Notes: a model not told the origin generated them from the sequence alone. A DNA stretch of 64,000 bases from an uncultured Polaribacter sp. (GCA_947497755.1 CANMHT010000004.1:209589-273588); one strand, 5' to 3'. Counted from the first letter of the stretch, positions 30,491-41,501 are shown. Translations and numbers: made by a program.

Positions 30491-32200
30491 ATGAAAATGT
30501 CAGCAAAAAAAATCACTACTACTCTACTATTATTCTTACTTACATTCACCAGTTGTAATTATCAAAAAAAAGATACTGAAAAAACAAGCTCTAAAAAATC
30601 CATTACAAAAGCTTTGGGAATGCTTCCGAATGCTACAGTAGAAGAAACAATTGCTTATTATAAAAAATTAAAAAAAGAAAAACCAAACGATTTTAATTTT
30701 AATGATGAAAATGAATTGAATACACTAGGATATCAATATTTAAATAATGGAGAAATTAAAGCTGCTATAGAAATTTTTAAGTTGTTGGTTTCTGAATTCC
30801 CTAATGCTTTTAATCCTTATGATAGTTTAGCAGAAGCCTATTTTGAAGACAAAGATTACGAAAAAGCAATACAATTTTATACTAAATCTCTTGAGTTAAA
30901 TCCACAAAATTCTAATGCAGATCGCATGATCTTTCGAATTAAATATCAAACTAGAAAGCTTTCAAAATTTGATCAAGTATTCACAAAAGAACAATACAAA
31001 GCTGATATGGACGAATTGGCTAAACGCATTGTAGAAACACATCCATTTCCTTTTCAGTTCATCACAAAAAAAGATTTTTACAAGTTAGTAAATAGTCAAA
31101 AATCTAAGTTAACTAGCACCACAACATACAGTCAATTTATGTGGCTTTTAAGTCCGATTATTGCCAGTGTTGGTTGTGAACATTCTCATTTTGGCATTTT
31201 TAATCAAGAAGATAAAATGTTACCAACAACGCTTCGATTTCCTTTAGAAGCTAGTTTAGAAGATTCAAAGTTATTAGTTACCAATTCTCATTCAAACAAA
31301 AAAATACCTTTGGGTAGCGAAATACAAGCTATAAATAATGTAGAAATAGCAACCATTAAAAAGGCTGTCTTTAGACATATTGCTTCAAATGGCTATGCAA
31401 AGTCATTAAAAAAATCGATGTTTAGCGCCTATTTAACCTCATACATTCCGTATTACTTTAACTTTCCTAAATCGTATACTGTAAAGTTAAATGGTTCAAA
31501 TAAAAGTATTGAGCTTTCACAACTTACCCAATTTGCATATACACCAAGAAACAATGAATACAGTTTTGATATTCTTAAACCAAAACATACTGCAAAACTA
31601 AGATTGCCTAGCTTTAGTTATTATGGCGGAAAAGCTTTACAACAGTATAAAGAATTTATAGACAATAGTTTTACAACTCTAAAAAACAAAAGTATTAACA
31701 ACCTTATCATTGATCTTAGAGGAAACGGCGGAGGATGTTCTTGTGCTGCCATTTATTTATTAAAATATATTAGTAAAAAAACATTTACATACTTCTCTCC
31801 AGATTTAGCTGTTTTACCTGGAGATGCTTCAGAAGACAAACCGCAAGAATTATTTAAAAATCGTTTTTTAGGTAAAGTTTATGTATTAATTGATGGAAGA
31901 AATACCTCTACCTCTGGTCATTTTTTAGCAATGGTAAAGAAACATAAAATGGCAACTTTAATTGGAGAAGAATCTGGAGCGAGCTATTATTCTATGGCTA
32001 ATGTAAAAGGTTTCTTAGGAACAAATACCAACGTTGCTTATTGGATTGCTAGAACATATTACAATGTTACTGCAGACGATTTTCCTAAAAACAAAGGTAT
32101 ATTACCAGAACATTATGTGTACAAAACCAAAAAATCTATCTTAGAACAAAAAGATCCACAAATAACATACGCATTACAGTTAATTGAAACAAATAAGTAA
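30491..32200 (+). CDS. TPR plus S41-family peptidase lipoprotein
   Basis: N-terminal TPR (NPYDSLAEAY); LIIDLRGNGGG; IGEESG. Confidence 0.85.
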   Translation: MKMSAKKITTTLLLFLLTFTSCNYQKKDTEKTSSKKSITKALGMLPNATVEETIAYYKKLKKEKPNDFNFNDENELNTLGYQYLNNGEIKAAIEIFKLLVSEFPNAFNPYDSLAEAYFEDKDYEKAIQFYTKSLELNPQNSNADRMIFRIKYQTRKLSKFDQVFTKEQYKADMDELAKRIVETHPFPFQFITKKDFYKLVNSQKSKLTSTTTYSQFMWLLSPIIASVGCEHSHFGIFNQEDKMLPTTLRFPLEASLEDSKLLVTNSHSNKKIPLGSEIQAINNVEIATIKKAVFRHIASNGYAKSLKKSMFSAYLTSYIPYYFNFPKSYTVKLNGSNKSIELSQLTQFAYTPRNNEYSFDILKPKHTAKLRLPSFSYYGGKALQQYKEFIDNSFTTLKNKSINNLIIDLRGNGGGCSCAAIYLLKYISKKTFTYFSPDLAVLPGDASEDKPQELFKNRFLGKVYVLIDGRNTSTSGHFLAMVKKHKMATLIGEESGASYYSMANVKGFLGTNTNVAYWIARTYYNVTADDFPKNKGILPEHYVYKTKKSILEQKDPQITYALQLIETNK

Positions 32201-32206
32201 TACATT

Positions 32207-33580
32207 TTGATAAAAGAACATCTCATGAAAAACATACTTTATTTATTCATCTTACTATTTACATTTAACTGTATTTCTCAAGAGAAAAAGTTAAATAAGA
32301 AACATACTCAATCCAATGTTACTATTCTAAAACAAGAATATTTGTCAGATATAGATGAACTATCAAATGCTTTAATTTCGAATCATCCATTTCCGTATCA
32401 ATATACTTCCAAAAAAGAATTTTGGAAAAAAGTTAGCAACATCAAAAAGCAAATTACAAACCAAACTACTTTACCTGAATTTATATGGCATTGTAGTGAA
32501 ATTGTAGCAAGTATCGGATGTAGTCATACAACTTTGGGGGCTTTTTTACAAGAGAGCAAATTGCTCTCGACAGAAAAGCTGTTTCCTTTAGAATTAAGAA
32601 TTATCGAAGGGAAAATGTACGTTACAAAACCACTGATTAATCGTGATAAAGTCCAACCTGGTATTGAAATCACATCCATTAATGGCATTAGTACAGAAAA
32701 AATAAAAGAAGATATTTTTAAGCATATTTCTATTGATGGTAATTGGAATCGCGCAGCAAAAAAGAAGTATTTTAATTTCTTTTCTCCGTATTATATTGCC
32801 TATTCACTTAAATTTCCAAAAAAATATAAAATCCAATTAAAAAACAAAAAGACAACAATAACTTTAACTCAATTAAAAGACTACGAGTTTTCTTGGAATG
32901 GAAAAAGTGGTTACTCTAAAGAATTTTGTGATGATAAAATTTGTTTCGACATTATTGAAAACAAAGACTTAGCAATACTTACAATGCGTACTTTTTATTA
33001 TGAAGCTAAAGATTTGACTAATTACAGAAAATTACTCAAAACCTCATTTAAGAAAATCAAGGAAAAAGGAATCCATAATTTAATCATCGATGTAAGAGGA
33101 AATGGCGGTGGGCAATCTTTTAATGGAGCTCATTTATTACGCTATTTAACGAACAAACCTTTTACCTATTTTATAAAGGGAACACCAACAGCAGAAGAAA
33201 GTATGAATCCAATGGAACCTTTTGAAAATGCATTTACTGGAAATGCTTTTATACTACAAGATGCAGGATGCGGTTCAACTACTGGGCATTTCTTATCACT
33301 TATAAAACATTTAAAATTAGCGATAAGCATCGGAGAAGAATCTGGCGGCACCTATTTATGTAATGATGGTAGTACCCATATCCAATTAAAAAACACAGGT
33401 ATTTCTTGCCGAATTGCCCGAGTAACATTTACAACTACTGCAAAAAATTTACCGAGAGAAAGAGGTGTTTTTCCTGATCATAAAGTTGTTCAAAATAGTA
33501 GTGATTATCTTAACAATAAAGACACTGTATTAAATTATGCGCTAAATCTTATTAACAATAACGCTGAACAAAAAAACTAG
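32207..33580 (+). CDS. S41-family peptidase
   Basis: LIIDVRGNGGG, STTGHF, IGEESGG, GVFPDH; paralog of the upstream gene's catalytic part. Confidence 0.85.
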   Translation: MIKEHLMKNILYLFILLFTFNCISQEKKLNKKHTQSNVTILKQEYLSDIDELSNALISNHPFPYQYTSKKEFWKKVSNIKKQITNQTTLPEFIWHCSEIVASIGCSHTTLGAFLQESKLLSTEKLFPLELRIIEGKMYVTKPLINRDKVQPGIEITSINGISTEKIKEDIFKHISIDGNWNRAAKKKYFNFFSPYYIAYSLKFPKKYKIQLKNKKTTITLTQLKDYEFSWNGKSGYSKEFCDDKICFDIIENKDLAILTMRTFYYEAKDLTNYRKLLKTSFKKIKEKGIHNLIIDVRGNGGGQSFNGAHLLRYLTNKPFTYFIKGTPTAEESMNPMEPFENAFTGNAFILQDAGCGSTTGHFLSLIKHLKLAISIGEESGGTYLCNDGSTHIQLKNTGISCRIARVTFTTTAKNLPRERGVFPDHKVVQNSSDYLNNKDTVLNYALNLINNNAEQKN

Positions 33581-33610
33581 AAAACAAGTACTCATCTAGT
33601 TCATAAAATT

Positions 33611-33964
33611 ATGATTAACTTGCCGCTAATCAATAAAAACATGAAACAAGAACTAATTGAATTCATCGCAAAAAGAACTCATTTACAAGCAAATGAAATT
33701 AACTCAGAGTTACGATTAGCAAAAGACATCGGGTTTTATGGACTAGATTCTCTTCAATTTTTTGACGACTTTTTTAAAGAATTTCATATTCAAAATAGAG
33801 AAGATTTTGATATTCATTTATATATCGATGGTGGCCAAGATTTTGAACCACAACCTTTAAATTTTATTCGAAATTTATTCAGTAAAAGGTACAATCATCC
33901 AGATGTAACCTTGGGACATTTAGAAAAGGTTATTGAAAAAGGAAAATGGATCAATGAGGAATAA
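33611..33964 (+). CDS. DUF1493-like protein
   Basis: L.KDIGFYGLD...FF..F..EF and TLGHLEK.IE.G.W pattern; start may be 33641. Confidence 0.7.
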   Translation: MINLPLINKNMKQELIEFIAKRTHLQANEINSELRLAKDIGFYGLDSLQFFDDFFKEFHIQNREDFDIHLYIDGGQDFEPQPLNFIRNLFSKRYNHPDVTLGHLEKVIEKGKWINEE

Positions 33965-33986
33965 CAATGTTATTGCTTCCCAAAAT

Positions 33987-34643
33987 TTAATGCAGCCTCG
34001 CCTCTTTCTTTAAAATTGTTGGAAACAACTTTTTAAATCGATTTAACCTTGGTATAGATACCTTTTGTACATAAGGGTTTTCTGGGTGTAAACGCTCATA
34101 ATTTTGGTGATAATCTTCTGCCTGATGAAACTTGGTAAACTTGGTTACTTCTGTTACAATTTTACCTTTATAATACTTTTCGTTTAATTCTTTAATTACC
34201 GATTCTATATTCGCTTTCTCAGCTTCTGTTTGGTAAAAAGCAATAGATCTATATTGGCTACCATAATCTGGGTGTTGTCCATTCTTTGTGGTTGGATCAT
34301 GAGAACCAAAAAACACTTTTACCAAAGTATCAAAACTCACTTTTTTAGGGTTGTAATACACTGCTACAGTTTCTGCATGTCCGGTAGTTCCTGTACCAAT
34401 GCTTCTATATGTAGGATTTTTAGTAAATCCACCTGCATAACCAGAAATAGCCTCTTCTACTCCTTCTACACTTTCAAAAATGGCTTCTACACACCAAAAA
34501 CAGCCGCTAGCAAAATAGGCTATTTTTAAATCCTTATTTGAAGTTTGGTAGATAGTAGTTTGTTCTTCTGGATTAGAAAAACTCAATAAGAAAAAGGTAA
34601 AAAGGGCAAAAGCAACTGCAAATAAAGGTTTTAATAACTTCAT
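33987..34643 (-). CDS. msrA: Peptide-methionine (S)-S-oxide reductase with signal peptide
   Basis: GCFWCVEA, GYAGG, HAE, AEDYHQNY. Confidence 0.97.
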   Translation of the reverse strand: MKLLKPLFAVAFALFTFFLLSFSNPEEQTTIYQTSNKDLKIAYFASGCFWCVEAIFESVEGVEEAISGYAGGFTKNPTYRSIGTGTTGHAETVAVYYNPKKVSFDTLVKVFFGSHDPTTKNGQHPDYGSQYRSIAFYQTEAEKANIESVIKELNEKYYKGKIVTEVTKFTKFHQAEDYHQNYERLHPENPYVQKVSIPRLNRFKKLFPTILKKEARLH

Positions 34644-34788
34644 AAAATAATTTCTAATTTTTCAACTTGGTCGTAAGATCAAAAGATTTCATACAATTGT
34701 TAAAAACTTTAATTCGACTACCTAAATTAATGTTGTAAAACTATCTCATCTTACTTACATTTGTTTACCTAAAGATTAATCGTTTTTT

Positions 34789-36498
34789 ATGGAGCAATTT
34801 ATCGTTTCTGCACGTAAATACAGACCTCAAGTTTTTGCTGATGTTGTTGGGCAACAAGCCATTACTAATACATTAGAAAATGCTATTAGCAATAATCATC
34901 TAGCCCAAGCTTTGTTGTTTACTGGACCACGTGGAGTTGGAAAAACCTCTTGTGCTAGAATTTTAGCAAAACGAATTAATCAAGAAGCTTCTTTTGCAGA
35001 CGAAGAAGATTTTGCTTTTAACATTTTTGAATTGGATGCCGCTTCTAACAACTCTGTTGATGATATTAGAAGTTTAACAGATCAAGTTCGAATTCCGCCA
35101 CAAACAGGAAAGTTTAAAGTATATATTATTGATGAGGTACACATGTTATCTCAAGCTGCTTTTAATGCTTTTTTAAAGACCTTAGAAGAGCCGCCTGCCC
35201 ATGCAATTTTTATCTTAGCAACTACAGAAAAGCACAAAATTATTCCTACGATTTTATCAAGGTGTCAGATTTTTGATTTTAAACGTATTGGTGTTTTAGA
35301 TGCTAAAAACTATTTAAAAACCATCGCCGAAAAGGAAGGAATTACTGCAGATGATGATGCTTTGCATATCATTGCTCAAAAAGCAGATGGAGCCATGCGT
35401 GATGCGCTTTCTATTTTTGATAGAGTGGTCAGTTTTTCTGGTGATAACTTAACAAGAGAAGCTGTTACACAAAATCTTAATGTCTTAGATTATGATGTGT
35501 ACTTTAGTATTACTGATTTAGTATTAGACAATAAAATTCCAGAAGCTCTTATTGCTTTTAATGAAGTGCTAACCAAAGGTTTTGAAGGACATCACTTTAT
35601 CAATGGATTGGCTTCTCATTTTAGAGATTTATTAGTAGCAAAAGACAAAGCCACTGTTGATTTATTAGAAGTTGGGGATACTGCCAAAAAGAAGTATTTA
35701 GAGCAATCTACCAAAGCTAGTGTACAATTTTTAATCACTGCCATAGAAAAGGCCAATGATTGTGACTTGAATTATAGAACAAGTAAAAATCAGCGACTTT
35801 TAGTAGAACTAACCTTAATGCAAATTGCCTCTATCACTTTTGATGGAGAAAAAAAAAAGTCAGCTAACTACATAATTCCAGCTACTTTTTTTACTTCTTT
35901 ATCACCAGCAGCAAAAGCAATAGCTAAACCTACATTAAAAAAGCAAGTTGCAAACACTACAACAAATACTAGTGTTGAAGAAGTAGCAAATACAAACTCG
36001 GCAACAACTACCAGAAAACCATCATTAAAAAATGTTAGAAGAAGAACTTCTTCATTATCCTTAAAGAGTATTCATCTTAAAAAGGAAGAAAAAACAGATA
36101 ATCAGGTAGAAGAAAACTTTGACAATCACCCAAAAGAAATATTTACACAAGGCGAATTAGAAGATGCTTGGAATGCATATCATGCAATCTTAATTAAAAA
36201 AGGTAAAAAAAGTATTGCAGCTTCCATGATTTCAAACCTACCTAAATTAGGAGATAATTTTGAAATCACTTTAGATTTGCCCAACTCATTAATGTCTGGT
36301 CAAGTAGAAAAAGAAAGACCTAAATTGATGAAACATTTAAGAGAGAGCTTAAATAACTTTGGTATTTCTCTTTCAATAATTGTAAATGAAAAAGTTACGA
36401 AGAAATTTGCCTATACTCCACAAGAGAAATACAGCAAATTACTAGAAAAAAACCCAGCTTTGGCTTTATTAAAAGAAGCCTTTAAGCTCGACTTATAG
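34789..36498 (+). CDS. dnaX: DNA polymerase III subunit gamma/tau
   Basis: ARKYRPQ.F, GPRGVGKT, ELDAASN, IIDEVHML, SRCQ. Confidence 0.97.
   Translation: MEQFIVSARKYRPQVFADVVGQQAITNTLENAISNNHLAQALLFTGPRGVGKTSCARILAKRINQEASFADEEDFAFNIFELDAASNNSVDDIRSLTDQVRIPPQTGKFKVYIIDEVHMLSQAAFNAFLKTLEEPPAHAIFILATTEKHKIIPTILSRCQIFDFKRIGVLDAKNYLKTIAEKEGITADDDALHIIAQKADGAMRDALSIFDRVVSFSGDNLTREAVTQNLNVLDYDVYFSITDLVLDNKIPEALIAFNEVLTKGFEGHHFINGLASHFRDLLVAKDKATVDLLEVGDTAKKKYLEQSTKASVQFLITAIEKANDCDLNYRTSKNQRLLVELTLMQIASITFDGEKKKSANYIIPATFFTSLSPAAKAIAKPTLKKQVANTTTNTSVEEVANTNSATTTRKPSLKNVRRRTSSLSLKSIHLKKEEKTDNQVEENFDNHPKEIFTQGELEDAWNAYHAILIKKGKKSIAASMISNLPKLGDNFEITLDLPNSLMSGQVEKERPKLMKHLRESLNNFGISLSIIVNEKVTKKFAYTPQEKYSKLLEKNPALALLKEAFKLDL
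35849..35858 (+). other. A10 slippery site in dnaX (gamma/tau junction)
   Basis: GAA AAA AAA AAG; the -1 frame stops at TAA 35865..35867. Confidence 0.7.
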
Positions 36499-36571
36499 TA
36501 TTAATAACTCAGAAAAAGCTTTTCTTTTTCCACTATTTTTTTATCTTTAAACTTCTTAAAAATTTAGGCAT

Positions 36572-37405
36572 TTGCAAGTATTTAAAAAAATCTTAATCGG
36601 TATTGCTTTCTCACCAAACTTAAAAGCTAACCTATTTGAAGCTATTAGAATATCAAATATGTTTGGCGCTGAATTAATTGGTGTGCATGTTGGAGAAAAA
36701 ACTTCTGACAAAGAAAAACAACTCCAAGAATTATTAAATGAAACTCAAAAACTAAACACTCCTTTAAAAACCATTTGGCAACAAGGAAAACCTGTCAATG
36801 TAATCTTAGACACTTGTGCTAAAGAACAAGTAGATTTATTGATTTTAGGTGCATTACAAAAAGAAAACCTATATAAATATTATGTAGGTTCTATTGCAAG
36901 AGAACTTACAAGAAAAGCTCCTTGCTCTGTACTCCTTTTAATTAAACCATCTGTAGAGAGAGTTGCTTGTAAACATATTGTAGTGAACGGTTTAAAAGAC
37001 GAACAAACCAAAGACACTATTAAAATGGCTTTTAAAGTAGGAAATCGTTTGGACTGTAAACGTATTACTATTGTAGAAGAAATTAGTCAAGCAGAATTAG
37101 ATATTAAAGTTAGTGATGATGCTTCTTTACGTAAAGCAACTTTAGAAAAAGAACGTATAAAAAAACGTGAAGATGAACGTGTAGAAAAGATTTTGAAAGA
37201 AATTGATTGTAAAGACACTACACTTAAAATTCAAAGTATTTTTGGGCGTAGAGGATATTCTATTGGCCATTATGCTAAAGTTAAAAGAGCTGATTTATTA
37301 ATTATGAATGCGCCTCAAAAAACGAGATTAATTGATCGAATTTTTCCGCATGATTTAGAATATATATTATCAGAATTACCAACCGATTTATTAATAGTAA
37401 AGTAA
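36572..37405 (+). CDS. Universal stress protein (tandem USP domains)
   Basis: VDLLILG..., GSIARELTRKAPCSVLL, LPTDLLIVK. Confidence 0.85.
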   Translation: MQVFKKILIGIAFSPNLKANLFEAIRISNMFGAELIGVHVGEKTSDKEKQLQELLNETQKLNTPLKTIWQQGKPVNVILDTCAKEQVDLLILGALQKENLYKYYVGSIARELTRKAPCSVLLLIKPSVERVACKHIVVNGLKDEQTKDTIKMAFKVGNRLDCKRITIVEEISQAELDIKVSDDASLRKATLEKERIKKREDERVEKILKEIDCKDTTLKIQSIFGRRGYSIGHYAKVKRADLLIMNAPQKTRLIDRIFPHDLEYILSELPTDLLIVK

Positions 37406-37406
37406 T

Positions 37407-39599
37407 ATGAGTAAAGAAAATTCAATGAAGACATTTGTAAAAGATATGCCGCAAAATATCTTTTCTGGTTTTGTAGTTTCTTTAATTGCATTACCATTAG
37501 GATTAGGATTGGCCTTAGCATCGGGAGCACCACCTATTTCGGGAATTATTGCTGCCATTGTTGGAGGTATTGTTTGTGCCATTTTAGGAGGATCTAATGT
37601 AACCATTACTGGTCCAGGAAATGGATTGGTTGTAGTGGTTTTAGCTGCTATAACAACGCTAGGAAACGGAGATATGCAACAAGGTTTTTTATATACCTTG
37701 GCTGCCATTGTTGTCTCTGGTATCATCATGATTATTTTAGGATTCCTTAGGTTAGGCTCTTTGGGAGATTTCTTTCCTTCTTCTGCGATTCAAGGAATGT
37801 TGGCTGCCATCGGAATTGGGATTTTTGCCAAACAAATACATGTAATGTTTGGAAATTTAAATGCTAAAGGAAGCATTGTCGATTTAATTCTTAAGGTACC
37901 TGAAGGATTGTACGAATATGCTACTTCAGATAATCAAAGTATGTTTTATGCGGGTTCTGTAGGTATTATTAGTTTTTTAATCATGGTTTTTTATAGTAAG
38001 ATTAGAAACAGGTATTTTCAATTAATTCCGGCTCCAATGTGGATTGTCGTATTGAGTGTTGGAATGTATTATTACTATCAGTATTTTTCAGACACAGCCT
38101 ACCCTATTCATAAAGATTTATTAATCTCTTTACCGGACGATGTACTTTCTAATTTTGCGTTTCCAGATTTTGGAAAAGTTTTTGAAATGGACTTTATCAA
38201 TGCAGTTATTGCCATTACTTTAATTGCTTCTATAGAAAGTTTATTAAGTATCAAAGCTGTAGATAAATTAGATCCTTTAAAGCGTCGTTCTAATGTAAAT
38301 AAAGATATTAGAGCTTTAGGTTTAGCTACTGTAATCAGTGGTTTTTTAGGTGGATTGAATGTTGTTACTGTTATCGCCAGAAGTTCTGTAAATGTTAATA
38401 ACAAAGGAAGCAACAGATCTGCAAACTTCTTTCATGCAACATTCTTAGTACTATTTATTCTACTATTTGCTACCGAACTTCGTAAGATTCCGTTAGCTGC
38501 ATTAGCTGCAATCTTAGTATATACAGGTTATAAATTAGCTTCTCCTGAAAATATCAGAAAGGTTTTTAGAATTGGAAAAGAGCAATTATTAATCTTCTTA
38601 ATTACCTTAATAGTAACCATCACTACAAGCTTAATTACTGGTATTGTAATGGGTATCCTTGCTACTTTTGTAATTCACGTTATTATTAATAAAGACATCT
38701 TTTTGTTTGTTAGAAATCTATTAAAGCCAAATGTTTTAATGTTTAAAGAAGACGGAAAATATTTTGTGAGTGTAGATAATTTCTCTAGCTTTTTAAATTA
38801 TACCAAACTAAAATCTAAGCTAAATCAAATACCAGAAAACGAAGAAGTAATCATCGATTTTTCTATGTGTGATTTTGTAGATCATTCGGTAATGGAAAAC
38901 ATGAACAATTATGCCGAGACCTTTAAACGTAAAGGTGGGCATTTTGAAATCATTGGTTTGGATGATTATGATACTCGAAGTGAACATCCTTTTGCTTTGC
39001 GTAAAAACATTCCAGATGAGACTACTCCTAAAAAAGAAGTACTGACAAAAAGACAAAAATCATTGCAAAATATTGCCTTAGATTTTGATTGGAAATATCA
39101 GTCTTTACAAAAAGAAGAAATTACTGAATTAACGACTTTTGGTTATTTTAAAACCAGAAAAATTAACAAGGTTTCTAATATTATTTCGAATGGTAAATGT
39201 TCGTTGTTTGATGTAGAATTTTCTGAAGGTGAAATGATTGCTAAACAAGTAATTAGAGCCAGTATGTTCTATATCAATATAGACAAAGAGATTCCAGAAT
39301 TTACCTTAGATAAAGAAGGTGTTTTTGAATACATCTATCACTTTGCTGGATTTAAAGATATTGAAATAGAAAATCACCCAGATTTTTCAAAGCGTTTCTA
39401 CTTATCTGGTAAAGAGCAAGAAGCTATTAAACAGTTATTTACAGACGATTTAATTTTATTCTTTGAAAGCAATCCTTATTATCATATTGAAAGCTCTAAA
39501 CACGGTCTTTTAATTCTAGGAAAAGAACGTTTGGGTGGTGTCAAAGAGATTAAAGCTTTGGCAGATTTTGGTATCCGTTTACAGAAAATTATTTCTTAA
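37407..39599 (+). CDS. SulP-family anion transporter with STAS domain and C-terminal extension
   Basis: SGFVVSLIALPLGLG, ITGPGNG, RSSVN, STAS VIIDFS...D. Confidence 0.92.
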   Translation: MSKENSMKTFVKDMPQNIFSGFVVSLIALPLGLGLALASGAPPISGIIAAIVGGIVCAILGGSNVTITGPGNGLVVVVLAAITTLGNGDMQQGFLYTLAAIVVSGIIMIILGFLRLGSLGDFFPSSAIQGMLAAIGIGIFAKQIHVMFGNLNAKGSIVDLILKVPEGLYEYATSDNQSMFYAGSVGIISFLIMVFYSKIRNRYFQLIPAPMWIVVLSVGMYYYYQYFSDTAYPIHKDLLISLPDDVLSNFAFPDFGKVFEMDFINAVIAITLIASIESLLSIKAVDKLDPLKRRSNVNKDIRALGLATVISGFLGGLNVVTVIARSSVNVNNKGSNRSANFFHATFLVLFILLFATELRKIPLAALAAILVYTGYKLASPENIRKVFRIGKEQLLIFLITLIVTITTSLITGIVMGILATFVIHVIINKDIFLFVRNLLKPNVLMFKEDGKYFVSVDNFSSFLNYTKLKSKLNQIPENEEVIIDFSMCDFVDHSVMENMNNYAETFKRKGGHFEIIGLDDYDTRSEHPFALRKNIPDETTPKKEVLTKRQKSLQNIALDFDWKYQSLQKEEITELTTFGYFKTRKINKVSNIISNGKCSLFDVEFSEGEMIAKQVIRASMFYINIDKEIPEFTLDKEGVFEYIYHFAGFKDIEIENHPDFSKRFYLSGKEQEAIKQLFTDDLILFFESNPYYHIESSKHGLLILGKERLGGVKEIKALADFGIRLQKIIS

Positions 39600-40363
39600 T
39601 GAAAAAGGTTTGTATATTATTTTTAATGATTGGTTTTTGTGCTCCAGTAACTGCTCAACAAAACTATTCTTTAAGAAAATACAACCATGTAAAATCATTT
39701 TATAAAAATATAAGCAAGCAGGCAACTGAATTATGTTTACAAAACAATATTCCGCCTGCTTCTTTATTAGCTATCACAGGATTAGAATCTGGCTGGGATA
39801 GCGGATATATTGGGCAAATTACTGGAAATATTCTAAGTTTAGGTTTGCGAAAAGGAGATATAGAACTACCTGCTTTGCGTTTACCTAGATTACTAAAAAA
39901 CAACAGGATACTTTTTGATTCACTAGAAATTATCAAATACCAAGCTAGCGAATTAAAATGGGAAAACAGGCCTGAAAGTTTAAAGAAAGATTATCGCCCA
40001 ACATCTATTGCTGGCACAAAATATCAACTGGCTTATTTTAAATATCACCCAAAAGAAAAAGCGGCAGCACAACTTGCCAATATTAAGGATTTTGTTACCG
40101 TTTTTATTGGTAGAAATAGCCGTTTAAAAGCCTATAGAAATGCACGTAAAAAGATGGATGATTTGGTAGCTAAATACGGAAAAGAAATCTTATTAAAAGA
40201 ACAAACAGCCATTGATTTTGTAAATGAAATTGGCGGCAAACCAAATTCTTATAATTTTAGAGAAACCTGGCCTAGAAAAGTAGTCTACATTATCAAAAGA
40301 GCAGGACTTTCTCAATTAACTACAGATTTACACAACGGAATTGACTTTGAAAAAAGTTGGTAG
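39599..40363 (+). CDS. Glucosaminidase-domain (peptidoglycan hydrolase) protein
   Basis: IPPASLLAITGLESGW catalytic Glu motif; signal peptide. Confidence 0.75.
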   Translation: MKKVCILFLMIGFCAPVTAQQNYSLRKYNHVKSFYKNISKQATELCLQNNIPPASLLAITGLESGWDSGYIGQITGNILSLGLRKGDIELPALRLPRLLKNNRILFDSLEIIKYQASELKWENRPESLKKDYRPTSIAGTKYQLAYFKYHPKEKAAAQLANIKDFVTVFIGRNSRLKAYRNARKKMDDLVAKYGKEILLKEQTAIDFVNEIGGKPNSYNFRETWPRKVVYIIKRAGLSQLTTDLHNGIDFEKSW

Positions 40364-40424
40364 ACTTTAGACCAAATTCTTCGCAAATTTATACGTAATT
40401 TTGCACTTCAAAATCGATTCATAC

Positions 40425-41006
40425 ATGTTAGGATTACAGTTCGAAACCAAAACTTCGTGGGCAGAAATTGCAAAAGACAACTTACAGCAAATATTAACAG
40501 ACCATGCTTTTTTAGAGCAAAAAGCTGCGTCTAATGCCGTTTCTTTAATTATCAATTATTCTGAAGAAACAAAACTAGTACAAGCCATGAGTGAAATTGC
40601 CATTGAAGAAATGGAACATTTTAAAATGGTACACGATTTTATGGTTAAACGTGGAATGGTTTTAGGTAGAGAACAAAAGAATGATTATGCCATTCAGCTT
40701 CAAAAATTCTTTCCAAAAACAAAAGACAGAACCGATGCTTTGATTCAACGTTTATTAATTGCTGCATTAATTGAAGCCAGAAGTTGCGAACGTTTTAAAG
40801 TCTTTTCTGAAAATATGGAAGACGAAGAATTGTCTAAGTTTTACAAAGACTTAATGATTTCTGAAGCCAACCACTACACTACTTTTTTAGGTTTTGCTAG
40901 AGAATATCAAGACAGAGAAATTGTAGATGAAAAGTGGAAAGCTTTACTAGCTTTTGAAGCAGAAATGATGCGAAATAGAGGTACAAAAGCAAAGGTACAC
41001 GGATAA
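40425..41006 (+). CDS. miaE: tRNA-(ms2io6A)-hydroxylase (ferritin-like)
   Basis: DHAFLEQKAA, EEMEHF, LIEARSCERF, SEANH; ATG at 40425, downstream of a TAatTTTG promoter. Confidence 0.92.
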   Translation: MLGLQFETKTSWAEIAKDNLQQILTDHAFLEQKAASNAVSLIINYSEETKLVQAMSEIAIEEMEHFKMVHDFMVKRGMVLGREQKNDYAIQLQKFFPKTKDRTDALIQRLLIAALIEARSCERFKVFSENMEDEELSKFYKDLMISEANHYTTFLGFAREYQDREIVDEKWKALLAFEAEMMRNRGTKAKVHG

Positions 41007-41030
41007 ATAACTACTTAGTTAGCACTAAAT

Positions 41031-41468
41031 ATGTTTAGCAAAGAAGAAGCCGCTCAAATACGAAAGGAATTTTGGATCTCTTTTGGAAAATCTTTTCCAA
41101 GGAAATGGTTGTTGTACAATACAAAAATCAAAGGGTTTTCTTTTAAGTTTGTTGCAGAGCGCAAACAAGCAATGGTAGTTTTAGATATTGAACATCCTGA
41201 TGAAATCTATAACGAACTACTTTTTGAACAATTACAATCTTTACAAACTATTTTAGAACAAGAATATATTTCTGAAATCATTTTTCACGATGCTTATCAA
41301 TTGGATAACGGAAAAATTATTAAACGCCTTTTTGTAAAGTTTCCTGAGAAGTTTAGTATTTACAACAAAAATACTTGGCGCGATTGTTTTGAATTCTTTG
41401 TAGAAAACATGACACAATTTGAATTGTTCTTTTACGAATACGAAGACTATATCAAACAAGCCATATAA
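41031..41468 (+). CDS. DUF4268-like protein
   Basis: MFSKEEA..IRKEFW..FG...PRKWLLYNT.IK motif. Confidence 0.75.
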   Translation: MFSKEEAAQIRKEFWISFGKSFPRKWLLYNTKIKGFSFKFVAERKQAMVVLDIEHPDEIYNELLFEQLQSLQTILEQEYISEIIFHDAYQLDNGKIIKRLFVKFPEKFSIYNKNTWRDCFEFFVENMTQFELFFYEYEDYIKQAI

Positions 41469-41501
41469 AAAAAACGCTCTATAGAGCGTCTTCTTAAATT
41501 A

